Shown one piece after another: positions 27,814 to 36,884 of a stretch of DNA of 47,438 nt. Position 1 is the stretch's first letter. The number at the start of each line of letters is the position of its first letter. Below the pieces are notes generated by a model. The model worked only from the letters and a program-made list of their open reading frames with translations. It was not told where the DNA came from and did no database searches. A program made the translations under genes and the position numbers. Source of the stretch: a candidate division WOR-3 bacterium (GTDB taxonomy: Bacteria; Hydrothermota; Tepidihabitantia; Tepidihabitantales; DTDR01). Where the stretch lies: the NCBI GenBank assembly GCA_039801885.1, contig JBDRVN010000006.1, positions 1 to 47,438 on the forward strand, in the 5' to 3' direction.

Positions 27814-29273
27814 TGAAATTTCTTAAAATTCTTATCTTTCTTCTCTCGGTTATTATTCCTTTATTGACCGCTTTTTACTTTTATCAAAGATTTTTAAATA
27901 CTAGCTCCTCTCTTGATGGATTTTCTCATTTGTATATTGCCAAAAATATTATTCATAATGGTAAATATTCAACAATTAAAAACTTAGGAACAGTTTGGCT
28001 TCCCTTATATCATTTACTTCTTATTCCTTTTGTCTTTTTTGATACATTATATTTTACTGGTTTTTCTGGTACTATTTTAAACATACTCATTTTCCTTTTA
28101 ATTACATATTTTCTTTTTAAACTTCTTCCCTATCCTTATTCTCTTTTTACTTCTCTCCTCTTTTTATTTTATCCTTATTTTTTAGTTTATACCCTTTCAC
28201 CAATGACCGAAATTTTAACAATTTTTCTTTTGATTTTAACTTTCTATTATTTTCTTGAAGATGATTTGGATAAATTAATTCTCGTTGTTATCTTGGGAAC
28301 ATTAACCCGTTATGAATTTTATCCGATTGCCTTTTTCCTATTTTTTTATTTCTTTTTAAAATCAAGTAAAGTGTTTTTTTTCTTTTCCGGTATTATCTCT
28401 TGGCTTATTTGGAATTATCTTTTATACTCTAACCCATTCTATTTTTATAATCATCCAGTTATAAAAGATACCTGTGGAATTTTGCCCTACGCCTTTAATT
28501 TAAAAAATTTGTTGAGTTTTAATATCAGTATCTTTAAAGAACTCTTTGGCTATTTACCAGTTATCTCTTTTTTTAGCTTTTTTTATTTAATTTATAAAAA
28601 ATCTTATAAAATAATCTTACTTTTCCTTCCCTTATTTATCCATTTTTTATTAGAATATTTTAATATTAGCTTAGGTTACTCCCGTTTTTATTTATTATCT
28701 TTTCCATTTTTTATTATTACTCCTTTCCTTTTTCTTAAAAATATTAAAGATAAGCGCTTCAAAACAATTACTATTTTTTTAATCTTTTTGAGCCTCTTTT
28801 CTAACACCGAAATATTTTCTCTTTTTTTTACTGGCAAAAACCATTATCAGAATAAATTTCCTTACGGCCATCACCTTGATATCAACTATCCAATGGTAAA
28901 AGAAAAGATTTTATACTTTCAAAATTTATTTAAAGATATTGATTTGAAAAAGAAAAAGATTTTGATCCCTTCCCGCCAAGAATTTCAAGTATTTTCTTTT
29001 GCTTTAAAAATAAGACCGGAAGATATTTTTGACGCCTATGATGATAAAAAAAACAAGGAGATTATAAAAATAATGAAAGAACCAGAAAAATATTGTGATT
29101 TAATTATTATTGAGAATAACCTTGACGATTTTTCTTTTCGCTTTCATAAATATTTTAAAAACAATTATTATCCAGTGCTTTTCTTTCAAGATAACGAATA
29201 CCAAAAAAAGATCTTGGCTAATTTTTCTTTAATAAAAAACGATGGTAAATACTCAATATATTTGAAAAAATAA
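27813..29273 (+). CDS. Multi-pass membrane protein, GT-C-like glycosyltransferase
   Basis: DG.SH..IA, VWLPL.H, PMTE and LTRYE motifs; many TM segments. Confidence 0.65.
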   Translation: MKFLKILIFLLSVIIPLLTAFYFYQRFLNTSSSLDGFSHLYIAKNIIHNGKYSTIKNLGTVWLPLYHLLLIPFVFFDTLYFTGFSGTILNILIFLLITYFLFKLLPYPYSLFTSLLFLFYPYFLVYTLSPMTEILTIFLLILTFYYFLEDDLDKLILVVILGTLTRYEFYPIAFFLFFYFFLKSSKVFFFFSGIISWLIWNYLLYSNPFYFYNHPVIKDTCGILPYAFNLKNLLSFNISIFKELFGYLPVISFFSFFYLIYKKSYKIILLFLPLFIHFLLEYFNISLGYSRFYLLSFPFFIITPFLFLKNIKDKRFKTITIFLIFLSLFSNTEIFSLFFTGKNHYQNKFPYGHHLDINYPMVKEKILYFQNLFKDIDLKKKKILIPSRQEFQVFSFALKIRPEDIFDAYDDKKNKEIIKIMKEPEKYCDLIIIENNLDDFSFRFHKYFKNNYYPVLFFQDNEYQKKILANFSLIKNDGKYSIYLKK

Positions 29274-29295
29274 TTTTTAGAATAATAATTAATAT

Positions 29296-29907
29296 ATGAT
29301 TTTTCTTGTTTTCTCAATAGTTTTCAATTTGACGATTGCTCGGCTAAAGTATGAAGGTGGCGGTGATTGGTACAATGATCCCGAGATTATTCCCAATTTA
29401 GCAAAAGAGATAAATAGAAGAACAAGTGTAAAAGTAGAAGAGAAGGAAGAAGTAATAACTTTGCTTTCGGAAAATCTTTATCAATATCCTTTTATCTTTA
29501 TGACCGGCCACGGAAATATCAGCTTTTCTGAAAAAGAAGCAAAGAATTTAAGGAATTATTTATTAAATGGTGGCTTTCTATATGCCGACGATGACTACGG
29601 AATGGATTCGACTTTCCGAAGAGAAATTAAAAAAGTATTTCCTGATAAAGAACTTGTGGAAATTCCTATTAACTTTCCCATTTTTCATATCTTTTACTCT
29701 TTTAATAAACTACCAAAAATCCATGAGCATTATGAAGGACCACCAAAGGCTTTCGGAATTTTTCACGAAAAAAGATTAGTTTTATTTTATACCTGGAATA
29801 CCAATATTAGTGACGGTTGGACAGATAGATATAACGATCCACCGGAAAAAAGAGAAGAGGCAATAAGAATGGGAATTAATATCTTTCTTTATTCCTTATC
29901 CCAATAA
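29296..29907 (+). CDS. DUF4159 domain protein
   Basis: ARLKY.GGGDWY, YPF.FMTGHG, GGFL.ADD.YG, LPKIHEH, MG.NI. Confidence 0.88.
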   Translation: MIFLVFSIVFNLTIARLKYEGGGDWYNDPEIIPNLAKEINRRTSVKVEEKEEVITLLSENLYQYPFIFMTGHGNISFSEKEAKNLRNYLLNGGFLYADDDYGMDSTFRREIKKVFPDKELVEIPINFPIFHIFYSFNKLPKIHEHYEGPPKAFGIFHEKRLVLFYTWNTNISDGWTDRYNDPPEKREEAIRMGINIFLYSLSQ

Positions 29908-30940
29908 AATAATAAGTCAAAGTGATAGAAAAAAGCGAAAAAAAAGATAAAATCATTGTCAAATCTCTCTTTATAGGGAACCGATTCCAATAATGGTGGA
30001 AAGCCGAAGGAAAACCAAGAATTGCTAAAAGGATTAGAAATTTCTTGTCTTTCATTTTTCTCTCAAAAATCTCACCAATTAAGGGATAAAAAAAGATAAA
30101 AACTGGTGCCATTAATCTCTCGTTATCTTTTCCCAAAAGAGTAGAAAGAAAAATTAATATAAAAAAGAGAAATTTATCAAAATTTCTTTTGATATAAGAA
30201 AAGGTTAATTGATATTCTATAATTGGAATTAATGTCAATGGTGCAAAGGCATTAATAAACAGGCGAAAAAGAGCTGATAAAGAATAAATTTTCTTACTAT
30301 AATCAAATAAGGCACTAACCAAATAAGAAAAATCATTATCTTTAAATAACAACCTAACAAAAATAAAAATTCCTAATCCGGGTAAACAAGCAAGAAAATA
30401 ATCATTTTTTTTCTCCTTAAAAGTATAAAAAAGAGCCACCAAACACAGCAAAACTACTATCTCTCTTGCTAAAACTCCTAAAAAGAAGGCGAAGAGAAGG
30501 AGTAAAAAATTTTTTATCTCTAATCCATAAAAAAAGAGTAATATCAATAGAAGAGCAAGGATTTCATTAAGTCGATAGAAATCAAAAATAAAACAACCGA
30601 AATGGTATTTATTAAAAAGGAGAAAAAAGATAATAAGCAAAGCAGTTTCTTTTCTTATCTCTTTTTTTAAAAGATAATGATAAAAAAGAAAGATAAAAAT
30701 TAAAATTGTTATCAGAGAAAGAATAAAAAAATTTAAGGAAAGATTAGAAGAGAGTAATTTTGCTAAAAAAGGAGCCAAAATCCGCTGTTTGAAAGGAAGA
30801 GGGATAGAATCTAATTGGGGAATTTTTCTTGCCATTTCATAATAATATTTAGCATCGATTGCTTGGGGCTTTTCTATTTTTTTAGAAAAGAAGAAAATGG
30901 CAAAAAAGAAAAGAAAAAGAAGAATAATTTTATCTTTCAT
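29876..30940 (-). CDS. Multi-pass membrane protein, possibly GT-C-like
   Basis: D...Y..MA, PF..RIL.P and G...RE motifs; many TM segments; 3' end overlaps the DUF4159 gene. Confidence 0.55.
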   Translation of the reverse strand: MKDKIILLFLFFFAIFFFSKKIEKPQAIDAKYYYEMARKIPQLDSIPLPFKQRILAPFLAKLLSSNLSLNFFILSLITILIFIFLFYHYLLKKEIRKETALLIIFFLLFNKYHFGCFIFDFYRLNEILALLLILLFFYGLEIKNFLLLLFAFFLGVLAREIVVLLCLVALFYTFKEKKNDYFLACLPGLGIFIFVRLLFKDNDFSYLVSALFDYSKKIYSLSALFRLFINAFAPLTLIPIIEYQLTFSYIKRNFDKFLFFILIFLSTLLGKDNERLMAPVFIFFYPLIGEIFERKMKDKKFLILLAILGFPSAFHHYWNRFPIKRDLTMILSFFSLFSITLTYYFIGIRNKERY

Positions 30941-30997
30941 TTTTATATAATTTATAACCCAAAATAAATATTGGCTAGAGGTAAATTATCTTTCTGA

Positions 30998-32383
30998 TTA
31001 GTAATTAAGATAAAGACTTAATACCCATTTTTTATAGGCTTCTTTTTCAGCCGGCAATAAATAGCTGAAACGACAATTTAAGAAATCAAACAGTTTTAAT
31101 TTTAAATCAAAAAACCATTGATAATTATAACTTATTGTATCTTCTTCAATTGTGAAATAGGGAATAAAGATTGGAAAAAAGGAAAAACCACCTTTTTCAA
31201 AATTATTCCCTAAGTAGAAATAGACCTTTCCCTTCTTATCCCATTCTTTTTCTTTTTTTATTAAATCAATCTTCTCTTTTATTCCCAAAAATATTGTATT
31301 GTCAAGTTTTAAGAGAGAGAAATAATAATTGAAGCCAAAACCGCCTTCTTGATAGAAATTCTCTTTCTTTTCTTTTATCATTGCCTTTGTTTCATTTTTT
31401 ACACTTTTCCCTTCTTCGTAAAATAAAGATTCGCAATCCCAATAACCATCATAACTCTTTTCCCATTCTAAAAAAATTTCATAAGTACTATCAAAACTTT
31501 TTTGATAAGTATTCCCTTTTGTAATTTCAAAAGAGTATCCAAGCCGGGTAAAAAATATTTTCTTTTCTCTTATTCCTTTAATTTTCTTTCTCAAAAATAA
31601 GGAAATATCTTTATTCCAAATATTTAAGGTATCAATCCTCTCACTCCGATAATTATCAAATTCTACATCGCTGCTTAAATATTCTTCTAACTCCCTTAAA
31701 AGAGTGTCGCCTTCTTTTCGGTATTCATATTCTTCTTCAATTTCTAATTTCTTTTCTTCCCTTTCTTCTTTAAATATCCTTTTTTCAAGGGAATTTTTGA
31801 AATCAATACCAACATCTAAGCTTTTAAATTTAAGATAAAAAGCCAATGGACATAAAAGGAGAGCGCTTTTATTTTGGTAATAACTGAATTGTTGTAAATC
31901 TCTTTTTTCTAAGGAATAATAGTCTTCAAAATAAAAGTCTTCGCTACTGGAATCTCCGACTGGACCTTCTTGCTCCAGATTAAATTCACTTTTTTTATAA
32001 TTTAAAAGTGTTTCATAAAAATTTCTTATTTCGCCGATTTGGAACTTAAAACCATAAGAATAATCCTTTCTTTTTCTGGAAAAGAGAAAAGTAATACCTT
32101 TTTCCGAAGAAAATTCGGTTTCAAAATTGGTAAAAATTAAAGCATAAGGAAGAAGCTTATTAGGATTCAAAAAATTTAAATAGGCAAATTGGGTTTTTTC
32201 ATTATTACCATAAATCCCACAACCGATAAACCTTCCCTTCAGTTCGGCAAGAAATGCTGGATTAAAATAGTAATCAGTATAAGGATCTTCTAAAAGTTCA
32301 GAAATAAAAGCATCTTTTCTTAATGAAAAATCATAATAACTAAAAATAAATAAAGGCACTAAAAGAAAAATAAAATTTCTCAT
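30998..32383 (-). CDS. Putative outer-membrane beta-barrel protein
   Basis: Signal peptide, N-terminal NPA motif, amphipathic strands, C-terminal WVLSLYLNY; GGAGG SD. Confidence 0.55.
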   Translation of the reverse strand: MRNFIFLLVPLFIFSYYDFSLRKDAFISELLEDPYTDYYFNPAFLAELKGRFIGCGIYGNNEKTQFAYLNFLNPNKLLPYALIFTNFETEFSSEKGITFLFSRKRKDYSYGFKFQIGEIRNFYETLLNYKKSEFNLEQEGPVGDSSSEDFYFEDYYSLEKRDLQQFSYYQNKSALLLCPLAFYLKFKSLDVGIDFKNSLEKRIFKEEREEKKLEIEEEYEYRKEGDTLLRELEEYLSSDVEFDNYRSERIDTLNIWNKDISLFLRKKIKGIREKKIFFTRLGYSFEITKGNTYQKSFDSTYEIFLEWEKSYDGYWDCESLFYEEGKSVKNETKAMIKEKKENFYQEGGFGFNYYFSLLKLDNTIFLGIKEKIDLIKKEKEWDKKGKVYFYLGNNFEKGGFSFFPIFIPYFTIEEDTISYNYQWFFDLKLKLFDFLNCRFSYLLPAEKEAYKKWVLSLYLNY

Positions 32384-32413
32384 TTTTACCTCCTTCTAAT
32401 TAATTCTAACTAA

Positions 32414-33247
32414 TTACCGAAACCACCTTTCTTTTTCTCCCCGAACATCTACATGGATAAAAGGTCTTCGCCGATAATAACCTAAACCGCCGGTTAACTT
32501 TGGGTTTTCTTTACTCAATTTTTCATCAAATTCCAAGGCATAATTGTAAAGAAGTTTCTTTTCTTTTAGATCAATTCGGCCATCGTTATTTACATCTAAA
32601 CCAATATCACAGGCACCGCCATAAATATGGCAACTATTTCTTCCACCGCCGCCGCTATAATTTTGAGCTGGTGTCCGAAAGGCTGAATAGATTTTGAATT
32701 TAGAAAAGTTTAACCTCTTGCTCTTTAAATAATCAGTAAATAATTGGAGCTTATAAATTAATTCTTCTCTTAAAAAGATATAAGGATTCCGATGGGTAAG
32801 AAAGTCTTTTAATTGATAATCAGGTGAGAGATACAAATCTTTCAATTCCGATGAGACTTTTATAAAACCTTTAACTTTTTTTAAATTAAGATGGGGGCTT
32901 TCTTTTGGATATTTACCTATATAAAATTCGCCAACCCTTTTTTCTTTATTATAAGGAATTAATGGAATGAAATTTATTCTTATCTCTTTTTTACCATTGG
33001 TAATAACCAATTTAGAATAAGGATTTTGTGTATCGAAAATATAGTAAAGTTCTTTTATACTATCTTCACTTGCCTTTTCTACTATTTCGCCATCTTCATA
33101 AAAATAGCCAATCGGTTTTTGAGAAACCACCTTTATTGCCAGCGTCTCTTTAGGAAGTAAGAAGTAAGAAAATATAGGCCATTCATAAGTTAAATCATTT
33201 ATAATTACTTTTAAAGAAAAAAGGTAAAAAAGAATATTTACTATCAT
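32414..33247 (-). CDS. Peptidase M15A-family (Zn D-Ala-D-Ala carboxypeptidase-like) protein
   Basis: SAFRTP..N, S.H.YG.A.DI and FIHVDVRG zinc motifs. Confidence 0.85.
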   Translation of the reverse strand: MIVNILFYLFSLKVIINDLTYEWPIFSYFLLPKETLAIKVVSQKPIGYFYEDGEIVEKASEDSIKELYYIFDTQNPYSKLVITNGKKEIRINFIPLIPYNKEKRVGEFYIGKYPKESPHLNLKKVKGFIKVSSELKDLYLSPDYQLKDFLTHRNPYIFLREELIYKLQLFTDYLKSKRLNFSKFKIYSAFRTPAQNYSGGGGRNSCHIYGGACDIGLDVNNDGRIDLKEKKLLYNYALEFDEKLSKENPKLTGGLGYYRRRPFIHVDVRGEKERWFR

Positions 33248-33287
33248 ACTACTAAATCTAAAAGATTAAAAACAATTAAGGCAATAA

Positions 33288-35219
33288 TTATTTCTCCTCG
33301 ATAATTACAAATTCAACTCTTCTATTTAGCGCCCTTCCTTCTTCTGTTGAGTTATCAGCAATCGGCTTCTCTTCTCCATAACCAACAGCTCTTAATCTTT
33401 TAATATCGATTCTGTGATTTTTAACAAAATATTTAACTACCGCTTGTGCCCTTTGGAGAGAAAGCTTTTTATTATATTCGTCGCTACCAATATTATCGGT
33501 ATGACCTTGAATTTCCACAATAATTTTTGGGTTATCTTTTAAGATTTGGGCGGCAGAATCCAAAGTTGGATAAGAGTTAGGTCTAATAGTAGCTTTGTTA
33601 AAATCAAAATATATTCCTCGTAAAGTTATTACCATTCCTTTTTTCACCAGATAAAAATTTTTTTCCTGTGCCTTATCCTTTTCAATAATAATTGGTGCGG
33701 TTTGGGGGACATAACCTTCACTCGTCACAACTGCGGTATATGTCCCTACTGGTAATTCTATTCGGTAAATTCCGGTAAGAGGTTCTGTTGTTATTTTCAC
33801 ATTTGCTTCTTTTATTTCTACTTCTGCTTTGATCGGTGTTTTTTCTTTATAATCGAGAATTTGACCTGTAACAACTCCAAAAGCACCTTTTTTTGCCAAG
33901 GGAATTTCTAAATTTCTTACCTCCTTTGCCTTTACTTCTATAGTTTGAATATAAGGGTAATAATTTTCTTTTACCGCTTCTATTGTATAGATACCGGTTT
34001 CAATATTATCCATCCGGAACCCTCCGGTTATTGAATCGGATAAAATCTCGTTTCCCTTTTCTTTTAACACCACTTTTGCCGAAAGCGGCCGATTAGTCTC
34101 TTTATCATATACCCTACCAGCAATCGTTCCATATTGCAAAATTGGTTTTAAATATATATCAATAGTTGTCGTCTTCTCTCCCTCAATCACAACTGGAACT
34201 GCTTCCCGATAATATCCTTCTTTCTCAATATATATTACGTACTGTCCTTCCGCAATTTTACTAAAATTGTAAATACCGGTAATTGAATCAGAATATACTT
34301 CTTTCACATTTTCAATTATCAATTTTGCTAAAAGAGGTAATTTTGTTTCAAAATCTAATACCCGACCAGTAATAAATCCTTTCTTCTTAGGCGGTTTTCT
34401 CAAAAAATAGGAAGAGAAAGATAAAGAAAGATTATATTGCCAATCCGGTAAATCAGCTAATTTGTTTAACCGTTTAGTAACACTAAAACCAATATTAAAA
34501 ACCTCTCCTAAGGTAATGTTAAATCCCGGTGTTAATCTTACTCGATTTTTATTAAAGTCAAATATTTTATCTTCTTTTTTGCCTTCAATAAATAGCTCAC
34601 CAAAAACCGATAGTCTTTTTGCCGAAATGAGAAGACCTAATCCCAGGGTTCGGTAGGTAGTATCTTGGTATTTAAAATAACCATTTTCAACCAAAATAGA
34701 AGGGAGAGAAGGTAGTAAATCAGAGAATTTTAATTTAAATAGAAAAGAATAAGCCAATTTCTTTTCGGGAAGCGGAAAAATTGGCACTAAATTCCAAATT
34801 GAATCTCGAACTTTTAATGGATAGAAAAAAAAGGCGCCGAGTTTCAAAACCGGTAAAAAGGGAATAGAAATTTTGCCACAAAGAGCTCCGTCATAAGAAG
34901 AACTTCCAAATTTTGCTCCCACAATTGTTTCTGTTGCCAAAAAAATTGTCTCATTTCCATAAAATGCGCGAAAGGTCCCACCATAATAACCACCAATTTC
35001 TAAGAAAGAAGCAAGGGAATAAGCAACCGTTGGAAAAGGTATATCTAAATAATGCTCTTTTCCCTTTGGATAATACAAAAAATATGTCCCTAACCGCAAC
35101 TTTCCACTTTCTCTAATTTCTGCATCTTTCATCAAAAAAAGACCATCCGTCGGATAAAAACTATATTGAGAAAAAATTAAAGAAAAAATAAAAAATAATG
35201 AAATAAAAATTTTTTTCAT
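33288..35219 (-). CDS. OmpA family protein: N-terminal barrel-like region, three carboxypeptidase-regulatory-like domains, peptidoglycan-binding domain
   Basis: Three G.I.G...D..T..P...D..TG.Y repeats; GHTDNIG...N..LS..RA; NRRVEF. Confidence 0.92.
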   Translation of the reverse strand: MKKIFISLFFIFSLIFSQYSFYPTDGLFLMKDAEIRESGKLRLGTYFLYYPKGKEHYLDIPFPTVAYSLASFLEIGGYYGGTFRAFYGNETIFLATETIVGAKFGSSSYDGALCGKISIPFLPVLKLGAFFFYPLKVRDSIWNLVPIFPLPEKKLAYSFLFKLKFSDLLPSLPSILVENGYFKYQDTTYRTLGLGLLISAKRLSVFGELFIEGKKEDKIFDFNKNRVRLTPGFNITLGEVFNIGFSVTKRLNKLADLPDWQYNLSLSFSSYFLRKPPKKKGFITGRVLDFETKLPLLAKLIIENVKEVYSDSITGIYNFSKIAEGQYVIYIEKEGYYREAVPVVIEGEKTTTIDIYLKPILQYGTIAGRVYDKETNRPLSAKVVLKEKGNEILSDSITGGFRMDNIETGIYTIEAVKENYYPYIQTIEVKAKEVRNLEIPLAKKGAFGVVTGQILDYKEKTPIKAEVEIKEANVKITTEPLTGIYRIELPVGTYTAVVTSEGYVPQTAPIIIEKDKAQEKNFYLVKKGMVITLRGIYFDFNKATIRPNSYPTLDSAAQILKDNPKIIVEIQGHTDNIGSDEYNKKLSLQRAQAVVKYFVKNHRIDIKRLRAVGYGEEKPIADNSTEEGRALNRRVEFVIIEEK

Positions 35220-35262
35220 TTCTTCCTCCTTTTAATTGAAAACATCCGTAACATATTTGTAA

Positions 35263-35291
35263 ATTATATAAAATTTTTATTTTTTTGTCAA
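35263..35291 (-). promoter_or_regulatory. Consensus sigma70 promoter of the OmpA gene
   Basis: TTGACA-17 bp-TATAAT; leader contains AGGAGG. Confidence 0.85.
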
Positions 35292-35372
35292 ATTATAAAT
35301 ATCTTTTTTCAGAAAAATAATCACAACTTGTTTTTTAAACTTGTCAAGTAAAATATTGAAAATTCTCTTCTC

Positions 35373-35401
35373 TTGACATTTCTTTTAAATCTTGTTAATA
35401 T
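35373..35401 (+). promoter_or_regulatory. Sigma70 promoter with extended -10
   Basis: TTGACA-17 bp-TAATAT with TG at 35393-35394; ATG 35409 follows after 7 nt. Confidence 0.65.
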
Positions 35402-35408
35402 ATTTATT

Positions 35409-35537
35409 ATGTTTTTTAAAAGAAAATTTTTTAAAGAAAAGAATTACTTTTTACCATTAAGATATCTTTGGTATATTTTAATTATTTTAGCAATTATTGT
35501 GTTTTACCTAATTGTTAAAATTTTTAGATATTTTTAA
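35409..35537 (+). CDS. Putative 42-aa single-pass membrane microprotein (not in ORF track)
   Basis: MFFKRKFFKEKNYFLPLRYLWYILIILAIIVFYLIVKIFRYF*; starts at the predicted TSS and stops just before the next gene's SD. Confidence 0.55.
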   Translation: MFFKRKFFKEKNYFLPLRYLWYILIILAIIVFYLIVKIFRYF

Positions 35538-35550
35538 AAAGGAGGAAGAA

Positions 35551-36693
35551 ATGAAACTACATTATAACTATAAAGATATCTTTAGAAGCCTTCGTCTTGC
35601 TTTTTCTTTAAAAAAATTAGCAATAATGACTATATCCCTTTTTATTGCTTTCCTTTTTTATAACCTTTTCTCTTATTTGGCTTTTCTTTCTGCCGGTTAT
35701 TCTTTTACTGAAATATGGCTCACATTTAGATTTTTACCTTTTCTAATCAGCAACTTGCCTTATTATTCATATATCCTTTGGATTATTGGAATAATTGGCT
35801 TTATAATTATTTTCTTTATTGCCCAAAATGCGATTACAAAAATAACTTTTGAACAACTAAAGGGAGACGAATTTTTTGAGATCAAAGAAAGCTTAAAATT
35901 TGCCTTTAAAAACTTTAAATCTTATTTCCTTTCTCCAATTTTCCTAATTGTTTTTATAATTTTAATCCTTATCGCGGGAATTATCTTATCCCTAATTGGG
36001 AAAATACCTTATTTTGGTGATATATTTGTAGGAATTATGAGTATACCGGCTTTTTGCGCCTCTATCTTTATTTTATATCTTCTCATAATCTTTTTATTCT
36101 CTTTAATCCTCTCCCCTATTGTTGTTGGCTGTACTTCATCCGATACTTTTGATACTTTATTCGAAGTCTTTTCTTGTGTAAACGAACAACCAGCCCGTTT
36201 AATCTGGTATTCAGTTATTTTAAAATTCCTATCTTTTCTTGGTTTTATTGTGTTTGGCTACGCTACTTTTATATCAATAAATATTGGTAAAACTGTCTTA
36301 TCTGTATTAATTCCTAATAAAATTAATGAAGCCTTTTCTCTCGCTCATTACTTTATAAAGTTGTCTCCACCAGAAAATACTGGATTTTATTACCAATTTT
36401 GGACTACCGTAATAGAAAAACTAGGTCTTGCTTCTTTATCAGAAGCCGGATTAGATTTTATACCTAACAATTGGGGAATTGCTATTCTATCAATATTTTT
36501 TGCTTTAACGTTTTATATACTTTATCTTTTTGTTCTTTCTTACGGAATTAATATTTGGACCACTGGTCAAACATTAGTTTACATAAATCTTGTGAAGAAA
36601 AAGGATGATAGGGATTTATTAGAAGAAAAAGAGGAAAAAGAAGAAATAATTACCCCAACTGAAGAAAAGAAAGAAGAACTAAAAACAGAATAA
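35551..36693 (+). CDS. Multi-pass membrane protein of unknown function
   Basis: Several TM helices and an acidic tail; start moved to ATG 35551 behind AGGAGG. Confidence 0.8.
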   Translation: MKLHYNYKDIFRSLRLAFSLKKLAIMTISLFIAFLFYNLFSYLAFLSAGYSFTEIWLTFRFLPFLISNLPYYSYILWIIGIIGFIIIFFIAQNAITKITFEQLKGDEFFEIKESLKFAFKNFKSYFLSPIFLIVFIILILIAGIILSLIGKIPYFGDIFVGIMSIPAFCASIFILYLLIIFLFSLILSPIVVGCTSSDTFDTLFEVFSCVNEQPARLIWYSVILKFLSFLGFIVFGYATFISINIGKTVLSVLIPNKINEAFSLAHYFIKLSPPENTGFYYQFWTTVIEKLGLASLSEAGLDFIPNNWGIAILSIFFALTFYILYLFVLSYGINIWTTGQTLVYINLVKKKDDRDLLEEKEEKEEIITPTEEKKEELKTE

Positions 36694-36694
36694 A

Positions 36695-36710
36695 TGTTCC
36701 ACGTGGAACA
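36695..36710. other. parS: parS centromere-like site
   Basis: Perfect palindrome TGTTCCACGTGGAACA matching the ParB/Spo0J consensus, 175 bp upstream of dnaA. Confidence 0.92.
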
Positions 36711-36763
36711 TTCTTAGATTTTCTACTTTAATATAATAATTCAAATATAATATAAAAATTTTC

Positions 36764-36791
36764 TTGACTTAACTTAAAATAGTATTATTAT
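36764..36791 (+). promoter_or_regulatory. dnaA promoter
   Basis: TTGACT-16 bp-TATTAT; degenerate DnaA box TGTGGAAGG at 36804-36812 in the leader. Confidence 0.6.
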
Positions 36792-36884
36792 TTTAACAGT
36801 TTTTGTGGAAGGGTTTAAAACTATGTTATTTAAAATATTTTGGAAATTATTAAGTTTATATAATAAAAATAATTAGGAGGGAAT

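Noticed and set aside
36693-36712. Palindrome after the membrane-protein stop codon as an intrinsic terminator
   Set aside because: It has no loop and only a weak U-tract, while the exact parS consensus next to dnaA explains it better
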